This document shows, one piece after another, positions 8,891-19,158 of a stretch of 64,000 bases of DNA; position 1 is the first letter of the stretch, and the number at the start of each line of letters is the position of its first letter. The stretch comes from Diplonema japonicum. Lineage: Eukaryota; Protista; Euglenozoa: Diplonemea. Made by a program: the position numbers and the translations under genes. Location: assembly GCA_964019335.1 (NCBI GenBank), contig OZ025722.1, forward strand, positions 1 through 64,000, in the 5' to 3' direction. The notes under the pieces were generated by a model, which saw only the letters and a program-made list of their open reading frames with translations, was not told the DNA's origin and ran no database searches.

Positions 8891-9868
8891 CTAAAAAAGG
8901 GGGTTCGTTGTTAACCCAGGGGATGGGTCTTCCTGGGGTGTGCGGGTGAGCTTGGGGCCTACCGCACGCAGGGTGATCGACACCCTGACACCAGTGGACA
9001 TCCCGGACGGGATGTGGTGCGTCCACTGGTGTCTCGCTTCACCTTCCAACAGTGCCCATGAGAAGGGGGGCACCAGGTATCTCGCCACCCTGTCCCCCCT
9101 CCTCATGACCATTGTGGTCTCGGCTCCGTACGAGAGGACTAGGACAATCGGTCCCAGCCTCGCGTCGTCCTTGTGGGCGGCAATCCCACAACCAGACTTG
9201 TACTTGTTGACAAGTACCTGGTTGGGGACCACCTTGAGTCCTGCGGCGGCGGCCACCTCCCTCACCCACCCCTCCGCCCCCCCTGGGATCCCCGTGGTGG
9301 GGCGCACCTTGGCGTTCGTCCCCTCCCACCGGTACCCGTATTGGAGGGTCTCCCTCCCTGAGTTCCCAGACAGGGCCTCCCACTTTCCTGAAAGCAGGGC
9401 TTTCGGGAAGGCAGGGGCAGGGCCCGTCCTCAACCCGGGAGGGTGTTCACCATACACCAGTACCCACCCCTTTTTTTCTCCCTCTTTTCTTCCCTCTTCA
9501 ACAATAGCAGGGTCGGCTGCAGGGGTCGTGGTCGCGGCGGTCGTGGCTGCGGCAGGGGCGGCTGCGGCGGTCTCAGTTGCGGCGATCAGGGCGGCAGGGT
9601 CGGCTGCGGCGTTCAGGGCGGCTGGGGCGGCCGTGGCTGTAGCAGCGGCGGTCAAAACCGCGGTCTCTGCTAGTGATTTTTTTATTTTATTTTTTTTTTC
9701 TAAAGGGGGGTGGGGGGATCTAGGGGGTGGGGGTGGGGATTCATACTGCCCAACCAGATAGTCTGGTTGGGTCGGCCCTGGCGTCGTGTGCAGCCTGGCG
9801 GCCTGTCGGGGTTCCTTCTCCCTGCGGTTTGCGCGGTCACCTCCTCTTGCGTTCCGTCTTGGATCCAT
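8891..9868 (-). CDS. AlkB-family 2OG-Fe(II) dioxygenase with Pro/Ala-rich N-terminus (ORF1 of the retroelement)
   Basis: RETLQYGYRW; PNQVLVNKYKSGCGIAAHKD (NxY..HxD); LSYGAETTM; LLEGEARHQWTHHIP (distal His); RVSITLR (RxxxxxR). Confidence 0.88.
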   Translation of the reverse strand: MDPRRNARGGDRANRREKEPRQAARLHTTPGPTQPDYLVGQYESPPPPPRSPHPPLEKKNKIKKSLAETAVLTAAATATAAPAALNAAADPAALIAATETAAAAPAAATTAATTTPAADPAIVEEGRKEGEKKGWVLVYGEHPPGLRTGPAPAFPKALLSGKWEALSGNSGRETLQYGYRWEGTNAKVRPTTGIPGGAEGWVREVAAAAGLKVVPNQVLVNKYKSGCGIAAHKDDARLGPIVLVLSYGAETTMVMRRGDRVARYLVPPFSWALLEGEARHQWTHHIPSGMSTGVRVSITLRAVGPKLTRTPQEDPSPGLTTNPLF

Positions 9869-10040
9869 TTTTTATTTTTTTTATTTTTTTTTAAAGTGTG
9901 TGTTGGGGGAGGGGATCCTTTCGGTAAGCGGCGGGCAGGCCGACGGGCAAAACAACCCCCCCGGACGACGGCGACGACGGACGACGGACGCAGCAGCAAA
10001 CCCAGGCAGAGGCGGCAGGCACCAGCAGAACACGAACGAC

Positions 10041-10079
10041 CAATAAAGTACAGAAACTGTAGCTTTAGAATCGTTGGTT
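10041..10079 (-). ncRNA. Spliced-leader (mini-exon) sequence, exon only, ectopic copy
   Basis: AACCAACGATTCTAAAGCTACAGTTTCTGTACTTTATTG, 39 nt, with the euglenozoan SL core CAGTTTCTGTACTTTATTG and diplonemid-type AACCAACG start; followed by GT. Confidence 0.9.
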
Positions 10080-10263
10080 TTTTTTATTTTTTCATTTTCT
10101 TGTTAAGTTAGGGCAGCATTTAGTAGGGTTTGCAGGATATTTTTCATATTTTCCGCGCAGGACCCCGCCGGCAAGAAAGGGCCGGGCCGTATTGCATTGA
10201 AAGCCCTTTGCGTAAAAGATTTTTTTTCAAATCGTCTATATATAGACGCTCGTTGATAGATGG
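10080..10263 (-). mobile_element. Truncated left end of a piggyBac element
   Basis: Reverse complement of 13285-13461, with TIR CCATCTATCAACG and TTAA at 10264-10267. Confidence 0.9.
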
Positions 10264-10335
10264 TTAAAAATATTTTAATTAAAACTAAGGTACAAGGTAT
10301 AAAATAAAGGTATAGAAAATATAGTAAAGGAAAAT

Positions 10336-10526
10336 GGAAAAGGAAAAGGAAAAGGAAAAGGAAAAGGAAAAGGAAAAGGAAAAGGAAAAGGAAAAGGAAA
10401 AGGAAAAGGAAAAGGAAAAGGAAAAGGAAAAGGAAAAGGAAAAGGAAAAGGAAAAGGAAAAGGAAAAGGAAAAGGAAAAGGAAAAGGAAAAGGAAAAGGA
10501 AAAGGAAAAGGAAAAGGAAAAGGAAA
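10336..10526. repeat. (GGAAAA)n polypurine microsatellite, about 32 copies
   Basis: Perfect hexamer run. Confidence 0.95.
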
Positions 10527-11228
10527 GGTATAGATAGGTGCTGCCCAAAAAAGAGGGGGAGTCGCACAAAAAGCTCCCTTAACTCCGAAGAGTGGGTGTT
10601 TTTTTTTTAGTCCAAGATATAGATTTTGATTTTGATGTGGTTAGCGTATGAAGGTTGTTTTAGTGCCTGCCAACATCAAAAACAAAAAGATACTTTGAAT
10701 TAAAAAAAAACCTCTTTTCATTTTTTTGTTGTTGCTTTCTTTTTTTTGTTTTGTTTACTTTTTTTTTTCTACTTCGTATTCAGCAACGGTCACAACGAAA
10801 GCGGATACACAGCACAGGGGGGAACCACGCACACACCAGCTACCTTACCCCCTCCGACCATCAAGGCTTACCAAGGACAGGGCGAATGGGTAACAGGGCC
10901 CGCTCGGATGGACTTCGTGTAGGACCTTTGAAAATATTATTTTGGAGGTACCTTTATAAAAAGTGAAGCCTGTGATACAAAAAGGAAATAAAGAGATGAG
11001 ATAAAGGAGGTTCTTGTTTGGAACGTCCCTCCTTTGTCTCTACGTATCTCAAAAAAAAAAACAAGAAAAAGTATGATGGGACGAGAAATATGTTGGCTAC
11101 GACCCACCAAACAAAAAAGAATTTGCTTTAAAAAAAAAAAGAGAGAGAGAGGGAGAGGAAGAGGTTTGCAACCGGAGGTCAAAGTTCTTTCGGCTTTTTT
11201 TTTTTTTTTTTTTTTTTTTTTCTTTTTC

Positions 11229-11260
<32 letters not shown>

Positions 11261-11507
11261 TTTCTTTTTCTTTTTCTTTTTCTTTTTCTTTTAAAAGAGT
11301 GGTGTTCAGGGAAGGACAAGTGTCATCACCTTACACACCCTGCTCTTCTTAGCCGCTTTGGTCAGAAAACATTTACCACAAATGGGACACAAAAATAATT
11401 CAATAATCAAAAGGTAGTAATTCAAAAAAGTTTTTTTTTTTCTTTTTTAAATAAGAGAGAACCCCTCCTTTTTCTCATATCATGTACTTATTTATCGTGA
11501 GTGTAGC

Positions 11508-13091
11508 CTAGTTGCCGATCTTCACGCACTCGGGTGCGTAGTGGCAAACAGACAGGCACCTGGCCCACCACTGGTTCTGCTGGTAACACGACAGCCCAGC
11601 CTCGCAGCAGTTAGGGTCCGAGAGGCACCCACCCCATGCACCGATCCTGCGGGCACAGCTGGCGTCCGAGGTGGGGACCGGTGTGGAGGCAGCAGGCTGA
11701 GGAGTTGGAGCGGGGGTGGGCTGAGGGGTAGGCATCGGAGTAGGGGCAGGGGTGCGAACAGTGGTATCGGGCTGAGGGGTAGGCATCGGAGTAGGAGCAG
11801 GAGTGCGGGCAGTTGTGGGAACCGGGGTGGAGGCGACGGTGGTGGGCACAGGGGTCGGCATCGGAGTAGGCATCGGGGTGGAGGCAGGAGGGGGGTTGTT
11901 CCCGTGGCTGCACCCCCTGGAAGGAGTGACGGTGGCGGAGACTGCCTGGGACCAGGCCCCGTTCCCGTCGTGGGCGGCAACCCAGAAGAAGGCCCCCCCG
12001 TTGCAGGCGTACTCCTTGTTCAGGTCCTCCATCACGCTGATGGCCTGCTGCGCGTTGCTGTTGGAGCCGGTGCCCCCGCAGTCGCTGATGCAGAAGCCGA
12101 AGACCACCTTCGTGGGGTCGTTCCCGAAGCAGTCTGTCACAAGAGTCTTGTAGTGCGCCAGGGCGGACTCGTGTACCCCGCCGTTGATCCCGTCCGAGTT
12201 GGGGCGCGTCACCCCGTTGTAGTACTGCGGCATGATGAAGTCCATGGAGCTCGCCACCTCCTTGATGACGTTGTAGTAGCCGGTCCCCTGCTTCATGTCG
12301 ATGTCCATCGGGGCGTGCGAGACCTCGCTCCCGGAGGGGAGGCTCTGCCTCAGCCCGACCGTCACGTCCCTCAGGAACTTCTGTGCCTGCGTCCCCTTCG
12401 CGAAGGAGGACCCCCTCTGCCCGTTCTCGTAGTAGTACTCGTAGTCGATGTCCACCCCGTCGAAGTTCTGGTCCCTCGCGATCTCCACCAGCTGCTGGAT
12501 CACGAAATCCTCCTTCCCGTAGCAGTACTCCCAGCAGTCGTCCAGCCCGTCCCAAGAGCCCCCCATCCCGGCGCCCCCGAAGGACAGGATCACCTTCTTC
12601 CCCGCTGCCCTCCACTTCTGCACGAGCGCCGGCTGAGGGGCGTTCCCACACACCGGCACAGGCGACGAGATCTGGCACTGCTGGTTGCAGGTGTTCTTCC
12701 CGGGGTTCCGGTTCCACGTGTAGGTCACCGCGAACGACACGAGCACGTGCGTGTAGGCGTTCATCTGCGCATCCGTGGGGCACGCCTGCCAGTTCCCGAC
12801 ATAGGCGATCATCCTGCTGTCCTCCTCTGCCTGCGCCGACGGTCCGGGCGGAGGGGTCGGGGGCGTCGGCGTCGGAGGGGGCGCCGGCACCGTGCCCCCC
12901 ATCGACGGGCACCACGTCGCCTGGTTCGACGTGCACACGCTCGCGCTGCCCCCGCCGGGGTAGCACGGCTCTGCCCACCCTGATTTGTAGCAAGGCTCGT
13001 TCCTGTTGATGCAGCGTTGGCAGTCTGCCACTGACTGCCCTGCCGCCCCTGCCGCAAGCAGCATCAACCCAAGCATCTTTAGTGTCTTCAT
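11508..13091 (-). CDS. Secreted GH18 chitinase with P/T linker and C-terminal CBM1-like Cys module
   Basis: Signal peptide [18 protein letters not shown]; KVILSFGG; FDGVDIDYE (DxxDxDxE); GAFFW; C-terminal WGGC...C..G..C...NQWWARC. Confidence 0.92.
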   Translation of the reverse strand: MKTLKMLGLMLLAAGAAGQSVADCQRCINRNEPCYKSGWAEPCYPGGGSASVCTSNQATWCPSMGGTVPAPPPTPTPPTPPPGPSAQAEEDSRMIAYVGNWQACPTDAQMNAYTHVLVSFAVTYTWNRNPGKNTCNQQCQISSPVPVCGNAPQPALVQKWRAAGKKVILSFGGAGMGGSWDGLDDCWEYCYGKEDFVIQQLVEIARDQNFDGVDIDYEYYYENGQRGSSFAKGTQAQKFLRDVTVGLRQSLPSGSEVSHAPMDIDMKQGTGYYNVIKEVASSMDFIMPQYYNGVTRPNSDGINGGVHESALAHYKTLVTDCFGNDPTKVVFGFCISDCGGTGSNSNAQQAISVMEDLNKEYACNGGAFFWVAAHDGNGAWSQAVSATVTPSRGCSHGNNPPPASTPMPTPMPTPVPTTVASTPVPTTARTPAPTPMPTPQPDTTVRTPAPTPMPTPQPTPAPTPQPAASTPVPTSDASCARRIGAWGGCLSDPNCCEAGLSCYQQNQWWARCLSVCHYAPECVKIGN

Positions 13092-13284
13092 TATTATTTT
13101 CTTTTTTCGTGTGTATAAAAAACGTGTTGGGGGATACAAACAACCATTAATATGAACAACAACAAAAAATGGGAGGAATTTTTTTTTTTCATTTTTTTTC
13201 ACTCTGAACGCCTCTACAATATGAAAGTAAAGGAAAGAATGACAAAAAAAAAAAAAGAAGAAAAAAAACAACAAAAGAATTTAA

Positions 13285-15086
13285 CCATCTATCAACGAGC
13301 GTCTATATATAGACGATTTGAAAAAAAATCTTTTACGCAAAGGGCTTTCAATGCAATACGGCCCGGCCCTTTCTTGCCGGCGGGGTCCTGCGCGGAAAAT
13401 ATGAAAAATATAAACTAAATGCTGCCCTAACTTAACAAGAAAATGAAAAAATAAAAAAAAACGCCAGCCCAAATTTACCCTTAAAAATCACTTCAAAAAA
13501 AGGCGCCCGGAAAGAGGCCGGAAGAGGACGTTATGAGTGATGGCAGCACTGATGGCTCATCCCTATTATGCAATTTTGATACAAACAGTGATTCTGACAC
13601 GAATTCGACCGATTCCGAGTCACAGCAGGGTGATTGGACGGCAAAGCCGGAGCAGTTGGAAGGCATCCGGTTTCGTGAAGATCGGAATCCTTGTGGACCT
13701 TGTTTTGACATCAGAGGCTCAACGCCATTCCATATATTCTCCCAAATGCTCGTCCAAACTTTATTCGGGTCATAACTTCGAACAATGTGGCAAATGCGGC
13801 TAAAAAAGGTGTCTCCCTGGATCTCGATGCTGCTTCTCTGCGTACCTTCCTAAGTATCCTTTTGTCGATGGACTTGGATATCAAGCCAGATTATTCTGAT
13901 TACTGGTGCACTGGCTCCACGTTTCTCAACTACACCTGGGTACGCTACCGTCATGTCAAGAGACCGCTTTTTGACTATTCTGGGAAATCTGTGTTTCCAC
14001 AGCGAAACAAACAAGCGTGCTGACTTCTACCTATCGCGAAGGCCTCCCGGAGATCATGGATGCCCCAAAGAAGCGAGGCCGCAAGCCCAAGGACGCGCAT
14101 CCCGTGGGGACACAGTTCCACCAGCACGCGAGCATCCTTTGCACCACAACGTGGCATGACATCAAGCCTGTGTGCTTTCTATCGACGTTGGATGTTCCAG
14201 TGAAGTCAAATTTGACCGTCCGCCAAAAGAGAATGAAAGCCGGAAAGGACATCTTGTTCCCCACCAAGTGCATATTTACAACACCGCAATGGGCGGAACC
14301 GACCTGGGTGATGCTGTGACAAAACGCCATAAACGCTCCCTTATGACTTAAAAGTGGCCCCTAAAAGTATTTTCGTACTTGTTAGGTAAATCTCTGGCGA
14401 ATGCTTGGCTTGTTTGGAAAGAAGCCTTGCCCCCCAACACCCTGAGTACGAACGACAGTGTATTGACGCCTTTCAAAGAGGCAGTCATCGAAGAGCTACT
14501 AGGGAGGCAGTCTAAACAACAGATAAAGTCAACTACAGAGCAGGCTGCCCCAATACCATGCCCCGAAACACAGAACGAGTGCTCTGAGACCCCAATGCGC
14601 CGTGACAGTACCTTCTGGGACCATTTCCCCGAAAAAGTAGTGCAACGTGCGGTGCAAGCATTTCAAGTCGAAAAGACCCCTATTTCAGTGTTCAGCCTGC
14701 TTGGTACAACTTTGCGTGACTCCGTGCTTCAAAGACTGCCACCTTGCCGGGGATACCCCCCAGAAACCCCTCTCGGGGTCAAAAAAGAAGTCCCCCAGCC
14801 CTGGGGCACGTACGAACCGCGACAAGAAGGCCTTAAATAGCTTTTTATAGAATTTTACAGTCGATTTTTTTTGACTTGTTTTTTGTACCCCCTCTCGAGC
14901 ACTTCAGGAACGATATTTTTGACAATGTTGTGGGGGTGGGCCCTGCTGTGGGCACCCTCTCTCTAGAATTGGGACATCTGGAGGCATTTTCGGGGGCATA
15001 TAGCCCCGGCGTTGCGCTAGAATAGCTTTTTTTGAAGTTTTGAAAATTTACCCCCTGGTGGGCAAAAATGGTCCGTTGGTAGATGG
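13285..15086 (+). mobile_element. piggyBac DNA transposon, internally deleted
   Basis: TTAA at 13281-13284 and 15087-15090; TIRs CCATCTATCAACG / CGTTGGTAGATGG (12/13 match). Confidence 0.92.
13533..14850 (+). pseudogene. Frameshifted piggyBac transposase
   Basis: Motifs spread over frames: PDYSDYW, MSRDRFLTILGNLCF, WHDIKPVCFLST, YNTAMGGTDLGD, KWPLKVF...NAW, C-terminal CSACLVQLCVTPCFKDCH. Confidence 0.88.
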
Positions 15087-15588
15087 TTAAAAAAAAAAAA
15101 AAAAGACGAGAAGATAACTGTATTTCTGAATCCAGGCTTACCCTGCTGTGGAGAATGCCCGGCAGTCCTGCAGAAGGCAAAAAAAAAAAAAGAAGAAGAG
15201 TGAGAACATTCACGTTATGAAAGATTGAGATACCTCCTTCGAAGGAGCAGCCGGGGGCAGTGCCCTCCCCCCCCCCCCCCCCCCCCACCAGCGCAACAAG
15301 CAGCCCTTCATACTCGCAGTTTAGATCTTTGTTGATGCAATAAATATTTAAAGGAGAGGGGAAAAGGAAAAAGAAGAAGAAAAAAAAGACCAGTTTTCTT
15401 TTTTTTTATCCATGTGTGTGACACAATGTTAGCCTGGTCCCTGTGGGGTCCCATAAGAGAGGGATCACGGAGAAAGCTCATCGCTAAGCGGTGCTACCAT
15501 GACATGAAAAGGGTCATTTAAATATAAAAAAAAAAGAAAGAGTAGAGCAGCAATTAGCAAAAGGGATATGTCAACTTTCTTTTTTTTT

Positions 15589-16468
15589 GAGAAAAACAAC
15601 GTACACGGTAACCAAATAACTTTTTTCCACTCAAGTCTGTAAGCAGAATTTCCACCACTGTTTACGGTAACCCACAACTTTTTTTCCACTCTCCACGGTA
15701 ACCTACAACTTTTTTTCCACTCAAATGGTTTTTTGTAAAAATTTTCCACTCTCCACGGTAACCTATTTTTATTTCCACTAAACCATGTAAGTAAGAACTT
15801 TTTTTCCAACGTCCACGGTGGAGGTGTGTGTGCACTTGGGGAAAACGTGTAGGCACAACCAGGGCTCGAAAAAAGACACCAAGAATTTCTCCTGGAAGTA
15901 GGCAAGGGCGATTTCCAAAGACGATTTAAAGCCAAAGCCGAGGTATCTGGCGTCTGATGTACTTCTCCACCCCTCGCCCCCCTGCCTGTGAAGGATATGC
16001 CAAGGATGACCTCAAGCCCCCTGTTGTCACGAAGTCACAGATAGGCAGGCCAGCAAAGAGGAAGCGAAGTGAGAGAGAAGGGGAAAATAATGCAGCAACT
16101 TGTAAAAACCTTTATTACTCAACCGCTGCGCCACAGCCACAATCACTCCTCGAAGTGCTGTCCCGGTTGTAGTCCCAGCCTTCAGGGTAGTCACCTGTTT
16201 CTCTTAAAAGGTCTCTTTTCCTTTTCTTTTGCTATGACATCATGTTTTGCCCCTCTCGTTACATTTCGTACCAAACCCCAATGAGGCATAAAAATGTCGG
16301 TTACCGTGGACGGTGGAAAAAAAGTTAGTGGTTGCATAAGGGAAATTGTTGGTGGTTACAGTAAAAAGTGGAAAAAAAGTTGTAAGTTACCGTGAACGGT
16401 GGAAAAAAAGTTGGAGGTTTAAGGCGACGGTGGAAAAAAGTTATTTGGTTACCGTGTACGTTGTTTTT

Positions 16469-16471
<3 letters not shown>
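15589..16471 (+). mobile_element. Non-autonomous Mutator/MULE-like element
   Basis: 40-bp perfect TIRs (15591-15630 / 16430-16469), ~30-bp subterminal repeats, T-runs on both flanks compatible with a 9-bp TSD, remnant IWRLMY...LKPPVVTKSQIGRPAKRKR typical of MULE C-termini. Confidence 0.72.
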
Positions 16472-16500
<29 letters not shown>

Positions 16501-17210
16501 CTATCTTTCTTTCGCAAACGCTTTTCTCTGTACTTTCGCAACTGCTAAGAAACATAACCTCTTAAGCAAATGCTCGGAGCACTATAGGGCAGAGAGTCGC
16601 GAGGGGGAAAAATTTAGGAAAAATGAAAGGAATCCCAAAAACCAACTCTACAAAAATGAACACGAATTGAAGGAAAAAATGAATTTAAAAGAACAGAAAA
16701 AGAAATGAGAGAGAGAGAGAGAGAGAGAAACACCTGATGATGAAAAGATAAGTGATAAACTGAAGGATTGTTACGATCCGTACTCCAGGTTTTCTTTCTT
16801 TCCTTCTTTTTTTTTCCTCTCTCCCTCTCCCTCCTTTTTTCTTTCTTTTTTTCTGAATGCTATCCCGCAAGGAATAATAATAAAAAGAGGGAAACGAAGG
16901 GGAGGGGAGTGAAAAATACCTTTACAACTTAATGCATTTCTTTTGCAACAAGTATAGAGAATAAAGCTTGAGAATAAATAAATAAAAAATAAATAAAAAA
17001 AACTGCAAAAAAGTTTTTTGTGCTTTTTTTTTTTTTTTTCTTCCCCCTTTTCTTTCTCTACTCGGCCCAAAATGCACTAGGAATTAAGATATGTTTTCTT
17101 TTTTTTTTTGAAAAAAACAGATTTTTTAGTAGGGGAAAAAGAATAAAAAAAACCCGCAAGAAAGAAAGGCAAAGGGGGGGGCGGGGTGATAGTTTTATTT
17201 GTGCCTCTCT

Positions 17211-18857
17211 CTACTTCAAGGAACCGCAAGGCTTGTACAGACCACGTGCGGAGACCGGTGCCCTCATCATGGAGATGAAAGAGTCGGGGATCTGATCCTG
17301 GCCGGTGGAGTGTCTGTGGCATTCCTCCTGCGCAAGGTCTTTAAACATAGCAGACTTGCTCTCCCCTTCCTTCTCCCTCGTCGCGTCTGCCTCGTCGAAC
17401 ATCAACTCGAGGTTCTTGTCTGAGAGGAAGTGCTCCTTGAACGCTGCGCGGGCATTGTCCTCCTTGTTGTCTTTGTTGTCCTTGTTGTTGTTGAGAAGAA
17501 TCCCCTCCCTGGAAGCACCCCCCTCGCTCACACAGGTGGAGGAACAGCCGTCCCCATCAACAGTGTTCCCGTCGTCGCACTCCTCGGCACCCCCCATCTC
17601 CGCAGTGTCCACCGTCCCGTCCCCGCAGCACGTCAGCTTCGGGGCCGTCCCGGGAACAACGAGGTCCCAGCTCCCCCTCAAGGGGCTCCCGATGAGGTCC
17701 GCAAGGGTGTCTGTGCCGTAGGTGTAGCTCGCACCGTACGGGAGGTCTGTGATGCTGTGCATGTCGCGGATGGTGGCGGGGTGGTCCTTGAAGAAGGTGG
17801 GGATCCTGCTCCCGTCCACGGTGAAGGGCAGCGTCCCCTCCAGGCTCATGTCCTCAGTGGGCGACGCGGAGAAGTAGATGGTCTCGTTGAGGGCGTCCTT
17901 CGGGACCTCGTCGTAGCCGTGGTAGTCCTGCCACAGGGCCCATATCCTGTCCACGTTCGCGTGGTGCACGAAGAAGAGCGGGTCGTCGGGGCTCAGGTAC
18001 GACCCCATGTGGCCGCTTACGTAGATGTGCGGGGCGGCGTGCGGGTTCCCCTCCAAGGCGGGGCGGAAGTTCCGGAAGGCCGCGTTTGAGGTGATGATCG
18101 CCGAGATCTCCATCGCCCCTGCGAACCCAGCCCCGCCCCAGTTCCTGGACAGGCACTCCCCGTCCGACGCCGTCCACCCCGCCGCCACCCCCTCCGTCAC
18201 GCAGTTGTCGGGCCAGCCCCCCACACCGCCCCTCGTTCCGAAGGTCTTCGCCCTGAAGGGTGTGCTGAAGCGCTCCTCTGCGTCGTCCCTCTCCCAGTCC
18301 CAGTACGGGACCGTCATGCACTCGAACCCGGGGAGGGAGCGCAGGGAGTTCTCGTAGCCGATCAGGAACCAGCGGTGCCAGGGGAGGAAGGCAGAACCCC
18401 CGTGCGCGTACCTTCCGTTGTTCCTGTGCAGCTGCGACAGGTCGTGGTAGTCTGTGGTATTCTCGGAGTGCAGCGTCCGCACTGCCTCGATGAAGTGCTC
18501 CCTCTCCGTGCACGACAGCATGGACCACCCCTTCCTCACACGCGGCCCGCACTTGGTGGGGGGGCTGGGTGTCGACGGCGCATCGGTGGGGGGAGCGGGC
18601 GTCGCTGGCGCATCGGTCTCGTTTGAGGTCTTCCCCCCGCCGCACACGCAGCACGCCTCGTTCGCCACGTGTTCGTTCCTGTAGCGAGAGCCGTACCACC
18701 CGCAGCGCTGCGCCACCGCACCGTACCAGTCACAACCAGTCTCGTAAGGCTTGTCCACCCAGATCCCCCCGCCGGAGAGGCGCAGGTCGGTGCACTTTCC
18801 CGCTGCTGCCCCGCCTGCTAGGCTCAGGATTAGCGCTAGAAGCACCGAAGTATGCAT
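17211..18857 (-). CDS. Secreted tyrosinase (type-3 copper) with Cys-rich accessory modules
   Basis: Signal peptide MHTSVLLALILSLAGG; CuA HGGSAFLPWHR; CuB HAAPH...SPDDPLFFVHHANVD; CGDG...EECDDGNTVDGDGCSSTC repeat. Confidence 0.92.
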   Translation of the reverse strand: MHTSVLLALILSLAGGAAAGKCTDLRLSGGGIWVDKPYETGCDWYGAVAQRCGWYGSRYRNEHVANEACCVCGGGKTSNETDAPATPAPPTDAPSTPSPPTKCGPRVRKGWSMLSCTEREHFIEAVRTLHSENTTDYHDLSQLHRNNGRYAHGGSAFLPWHRWFLIGYENSLRSLPGFECMTVPYWDWERDDAEERFSTPFRAKTFGTRGGVGGWPDNCVTEGVAAGWTASDGECLSRNWGGAGFAGAMEISAIITSNAAFRNFRPALEGNPHAAPHIYVSGHMGSYLSPDDPLFFVHHANVDRIWALWQDYHGYDEVPKDALNETIYFSASPTEDMSLEGTLPFTVDGSRIPTFFKDHPATIRDMHSITDLPYGASYTYGTDTLADLIGSPLRGSWDLVVPGTAPKLTCCGDGTVDTAEMGGAEECDDGNTVDGDGCSSTCVSEGGASREGILLNNNKDNKDNKEDNARAAFKEHFLSDKNLELMFDEADATREKEGESKSAMFKDLAQEECHRHSTGQDQIPDSFISMMRAPVSARGLYKPCGSLK

Positions 18858-19158
18858 TTTTTGTCTTTTTTTTTTCCTTCTTCTTTTTGTCTGTGTTTTT
18901 TTTCTTTGGGGTGTATAAAGACCTGGTGGTGGTTGGTGCAACAAGAGTGAAGGTACGGAAGGACAAGTCGAAGAAAAACAAAAGAAATACAGAAATACTT
19001 GACTTTACTGTCAACAAGCAAGCAGAAAAAGAAAGAAAGAAAAAAAAGAACAACAATTGTCAAACAGAGAGGAAGGACGGTGACAGTAGTTCGTTTCACA
19101 TGCCCATCGTCGCGATCATAGAAATGACTTTCGCAAAAAGTCAGGGTTAGGACAAGGA

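Larger units (their letters stand above)
423..10079 (-). mobile_element. Full-length CRE/SLACS-clade (RLE-type) non-LTR retrotransposon headed by an SL exon; 3' poly(A) at 624-643 or 423-472
   Basis: SL exon, AlkB ORF, 141-bp repeats, RT-RLE polyprotein, 3' UTR and poly(A), all on the minus strand; the 3' boundary is ambiguous. Confidence 0.8.

Noticed and set aside
10041-10079. Functional SL RNA gene
   Set aside because: Upstream is piggyBac DNA, no recognisable SL intron or T-tract terminator follows, and it is not tandemly arrayed
10103-10569. FLFL / SFSF / EKEK ORFs
   Set aside because: Readouts of the (GGAAAA)n microsatellite
11541-13143. 480-aa and 510-aa ORFs overlapping the chitinase, and similar shadow ORFs over other genes
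   Set aside because: Antisense or alternate-frame products of high GC3; no motifs
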